Origin: Pseudomonas aeruginosa PAO1
Lineage (GTDB): Bacteria > Pseudomonadota > Gammaproteobacteria > Pseudomonadales > Pseudomonadaceae
DNA: 64,000 nt
Assembly (NCBI RefSeq): GCF_000006765.1
Contig: NC_002516.2
Strand: one strand, 5' to 3'
In this document: piece after piece, positions 61,621-64,000 of the stretch
Layout: each line of letters begins with the position of its first letter
How positions within the stretch are numbered: position 1 is the stretch's first letter
The notes under the pieces: generated by a model
Database searches by the model: none
What the model was told of the DNA's origin: nothing
What the model saw: the letters and a program-made list of their open reading frames with translations, nothing else
Program-made: the position numbers and the translations under genes

Positions 61621-64000
61621 GGACAGCGTGAGCGAACCCGACCGGCGCGACGGCGGGGATGCCGGGAAACGATTGGCCTGGCTGCAGCGGCAGGTCTTGC
61701 CGGTGCTGGAGGAGGGGGGCGCGGTCTGGGTTTCCGGGCTGGACGGCGCGCCGTTCGCCGGGGGCGCACACAAGGTCGTCGAGGCTTCCGTCGCTGGCGA
61801 GCTGCCTGGCAACGAGCGTTTCCGCCTGGCTTGCCTGGGCGGGGCGGTGGGAGGCGTGGCGGACGACTGGCAGGCCATGCGCCTGCTCCTGCGCGCGGTG
61901 GAGAGCCTGGAGGATCGCGGCTGGCTGCTGCTGGAGGAGGCTCTCTCGGTATCCGCCGCAGGCGCTTGCCGGAGTCCCCAGGCGCAGGCCCGCCTGGCGC
62001 TTTCCCTGGGCTTGCGGCAGGTCGCGGAACTGCGCCTGGGCGCGCCGGACGACGGCGGACGCCAGCGGGTGCTGCAACTGTTCCGGCAGGACCTGGCGGT
62101 TGCGCGCATGCAGCGCTACTCGGGCCTGAGGGTCGCCTGTTACGGCAACATGCCTTTCCACTACCGCTCGTTGCGTCCTTTGGCCGAGTGTTTCGAGGAC
62201 AGCCTCCTGAGCCTCGACATCGATGAAGTCATGGCCTGGAAACCGGACGTGATAGCGGTGGCCGACGGCTGGTCGGTGGAGTTCTGGCGCGACTACTGCG
62301 ATGCGCACAACGTATTGCTGGTCGGCATGCGCCATGGCTCGGTCACCCGCTACGGATTCGCCGAGGGCACCTACCGCTACGCCGACTATCTGTGCGGCAG
62401 CGCATGGGACATCGACGACACCCTGGCTTCCTCGGTGATGCCGCGCAACGGTTTCCTGCTGACCGGCAACGCCTGGTGCGACGAGGTGTTCCGGCTGCCC
62501 GCGAGAACCCCGGCGGAGAACGCGCCGACCATCCTCTTCGCCCCCACCTACAACCCCGAGATCAGCGCCGCCGTCCACCTCGGCGAGCGTGTGGTGGCAT
62601 TGATCCGCAAGGTCTATCCCGCGTCGCGGATCATCATCAAGCCGCATCCCGCCATCGTCCAGCACGAACATGCGTTCGTCAGCGACAAGGATCTGTTCCG
62701 CGACCTCATGAAGCTCTGGCGCGAACAGTCACGCACGGACCCGCTGGTCACTCTGGTGGACGACCCCGAGGCGAGCATCGCGGCCAGCTTCGCCGAAGCC
62801 GACATTCTGCTGGCGGACCGTTCTTCGCTGATCTTCGAGTTCATGACGCTCGACCGACCGATCCTGCTGTTCTCCCGCGAACAGCGGATCGCCCGCTGGG
62901 CCTACAACCCGGAGGCTCCAGGGAACGCCTGGCGCGATATCGGACTGGAGTTCGCCGACGACGAGCAACTGCTCGACCTGCTGGCCAATGCCTTTACCCG
63001 GCACGCGGAGAGTCGCGATACCCAGGAGAACCGCACGCAGCAGCTGTACGGCCGGTTTCGCGACGGACGCAGCGTCCAGAGGGTCGCCGCAGCGATCGCC
63101 GAGGCGCCGCGCTTGCAGATCGTGCTCGACGCGCGGGCCGCTGCGGATGGCGGGCAGCGCCTGGCCGAACATTATGCGGCCTGCTTCGCCCATCGCCGTA
63201 TCGACCTGATCGCTCCGTCCGGCGCGGCATTGCCGGCCGACGTGCGGCGCTTCGATTCGTGGCGGGCCTGGTGCGACGCGGAGGCTGCCACGCTCGAACG
63301 CAGGGCTTCGGCGGTGCTTCTGGTGGAAGACGACGGCCAGTTGCTGCCGGGCAGCGCGCATCAGGTAAGCGCGCTCCTGCCGGCCATCGCCATGGGCCAG
63401 TTGCGGCATGCCCGGCTGGCGTTGGAGGAGCGCGAGGCCGGGCCCGCTGGCGAAACCGACTGGAGCGCCCGCCGCCTGCACAGGTTGCTCGCGCGCCTGC
63501 AGCCGAAGCCGGCCTGGCGTCTGCTGGCGCCCGCGCTGTTGCGCGAGGAACTGGCCGACCTGCCGGACGAAGCGGAGCAGCCGTTGTGGCTGCGCGCCGT
63601 GGCGGCAGCCGAGGCGCCGGTCGAATGGCCCGTCGGGCAGTTGAACCTGTTCGCCGAAGAGGGACTGTTGCGCCAGGGCGACGTGCATATGCTCTGCGCG
63701 CGCGCTCGGCTGCGCGCGGTTCCTTGCGTGTCGGGCCTGCCGCTGCGCCAGCGCCAGGTCGTCCTGCAGGTCACGCCCTTCGCCAGCCAGCTTTACGACC
63801 GTTTCCCGTTCCAGTTGCGCGTGTGCCTTAACGGCCAGCTCTTCAGCCGCGTGAGCGTCGAGGACGCGCGAGCGAAGTCGCTGGTCCTGCCGTTCCGGGG
63901 TGACGAACGCGGTGGCATGACGATCGAACTGGAGTGCGACGGCAGCTATCCGGCTTTCGAAGGCGTTTCCACGCCGGTCTCCCTGCTGCTCCAGACCGCG
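61613..64000 (+). CDS. fgtA: Flagellin glycosyltransferase FgtA (PA1091), 5' partial, runs off the window
   Basis: Hand translation from ATG61613 gives 796 codons with no stop to base 64000. It contains a TagF-like phosphotransferase segment (ILFAPTYN, IKPHP, ADILLADRSSLIFEF..DRPILLF). Confidence 0.9.
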   Translation, partial: MIEDSVSEPDRRDGGDAGKRLAWLQRQVLPVLEEGGAVWVSGLDGAPFAGGAHKVVEASVAGELPGNERFRLACLGGAVGGVADDWQAMRLLLRAVESLEDRGWLLLEEALSVSAAGACRSPQAQARLALSLGLRQVAELRLGAPDDGGRQRVLQLFRQDLAVARMQRYSGLRVACYGNMPFHYRSLRPLAECFEDSLLSLDIDEVMAWKPDVIAVADGWSVEFWRDYCDAHNVLLVGMRHGSVTRYGFAEGTYRYADYLCGSAWDIDDTLASSVMPRNGFLLTGNAWCDEVFRLPARTPAENAPTILFAPTYNPEISAAVHLGERVVALIRKVYPASRIIIKPHPAIVQHEHAFVSDKDLFRDLMKLWREQSRTDPLVTLVDDPEASIAASFAEADILLADRSSLIFEFMTLDRPILLFSREQRIARWAYNPEAPGNAWRDIGLEFADDEQLLDLLANAFTRHAESRDTQENRTQQLYGRFRDGRSVQRVAAAIAEAPRLQIVLDARAAADGGQRLAEHYAACFAHRRIDLIAPSGAALPADVRRFDSWRAWCDAEAATLERRASAVLLVEDDGQLLPGSAHQVSALLPAIAMGQLRHARLALEEREAGPAGETDWSARRLHRLLARLQPKPAWRLLAPALLREELADLPDEAEQPLWLRAVAAAEAPVEWPVGQLNLFAEEGLLRQGDVHMLCARARLRAVPCVSGLPLRQRQVVLQVTPFASQLYDRFPFQLRVCLNGQLFSRVSVEDARAKSLVLPFRGDERGGMTIELECDGSYPAFEGVSTPVSLLLQTA

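Noticed and set aside
61613-64000. Apparent absence of a long ORF (possible pseudogene) at the window end
   Set aside because: Hand translation shows an uninterrupted frame to base 64000. The track omits it because no stop codon falls inside the window.

Overview
GC-rich core chromosome of Pseudomonas aeruginosa. Gene order and content match the PAO1 PA1028-PA1091 interval, and my recalled PAO1 coordinates suggest an offset of about 1,116,000. PA locus tags below are from memory and need confirming by BLAST. In order: an Xre/RES toxin-antitoxin pair (natR/natT) whose antitoxin is frameshifted in this sequence; an AT-rich intergenic with a DnaA-box trio and IHF sites; rmuC, quiP, a GST, SEC-C/YchJ proteins, two OmpA lipoproteins, a collagen-like protein, dinG, a GH50 hydrolase, an esterase and pdxH; a CdaR/GntP/glycerate kinase cluster; slyB; the sha (Mrp) Na+/H+ antiporter operon; an EamA/PLP-enzyme/GNAT cluster; an Hsp90-paralog/TPR pair; braCDEFG; flgB-flgL with two sigma54 promoters; and the start of the b-type flagellin glycosylation island (methyltransferase, HAD enzyme, nucleotidyltransferase, partial fgtA). 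I found no CRISPR array, tRNA, rRNA, IS or prophage. The most striking unexplained signal is non-coding: at 1547-1760 three DnaA boxes have the orientation and 5-bp/3-bp spacing I recall for E. coli DnaA-reactivating sequences (DARS), with two IHF sites nearby. It is a candidate replication-control element. Most long antisense ORFs in the track are GC-bias shadows.
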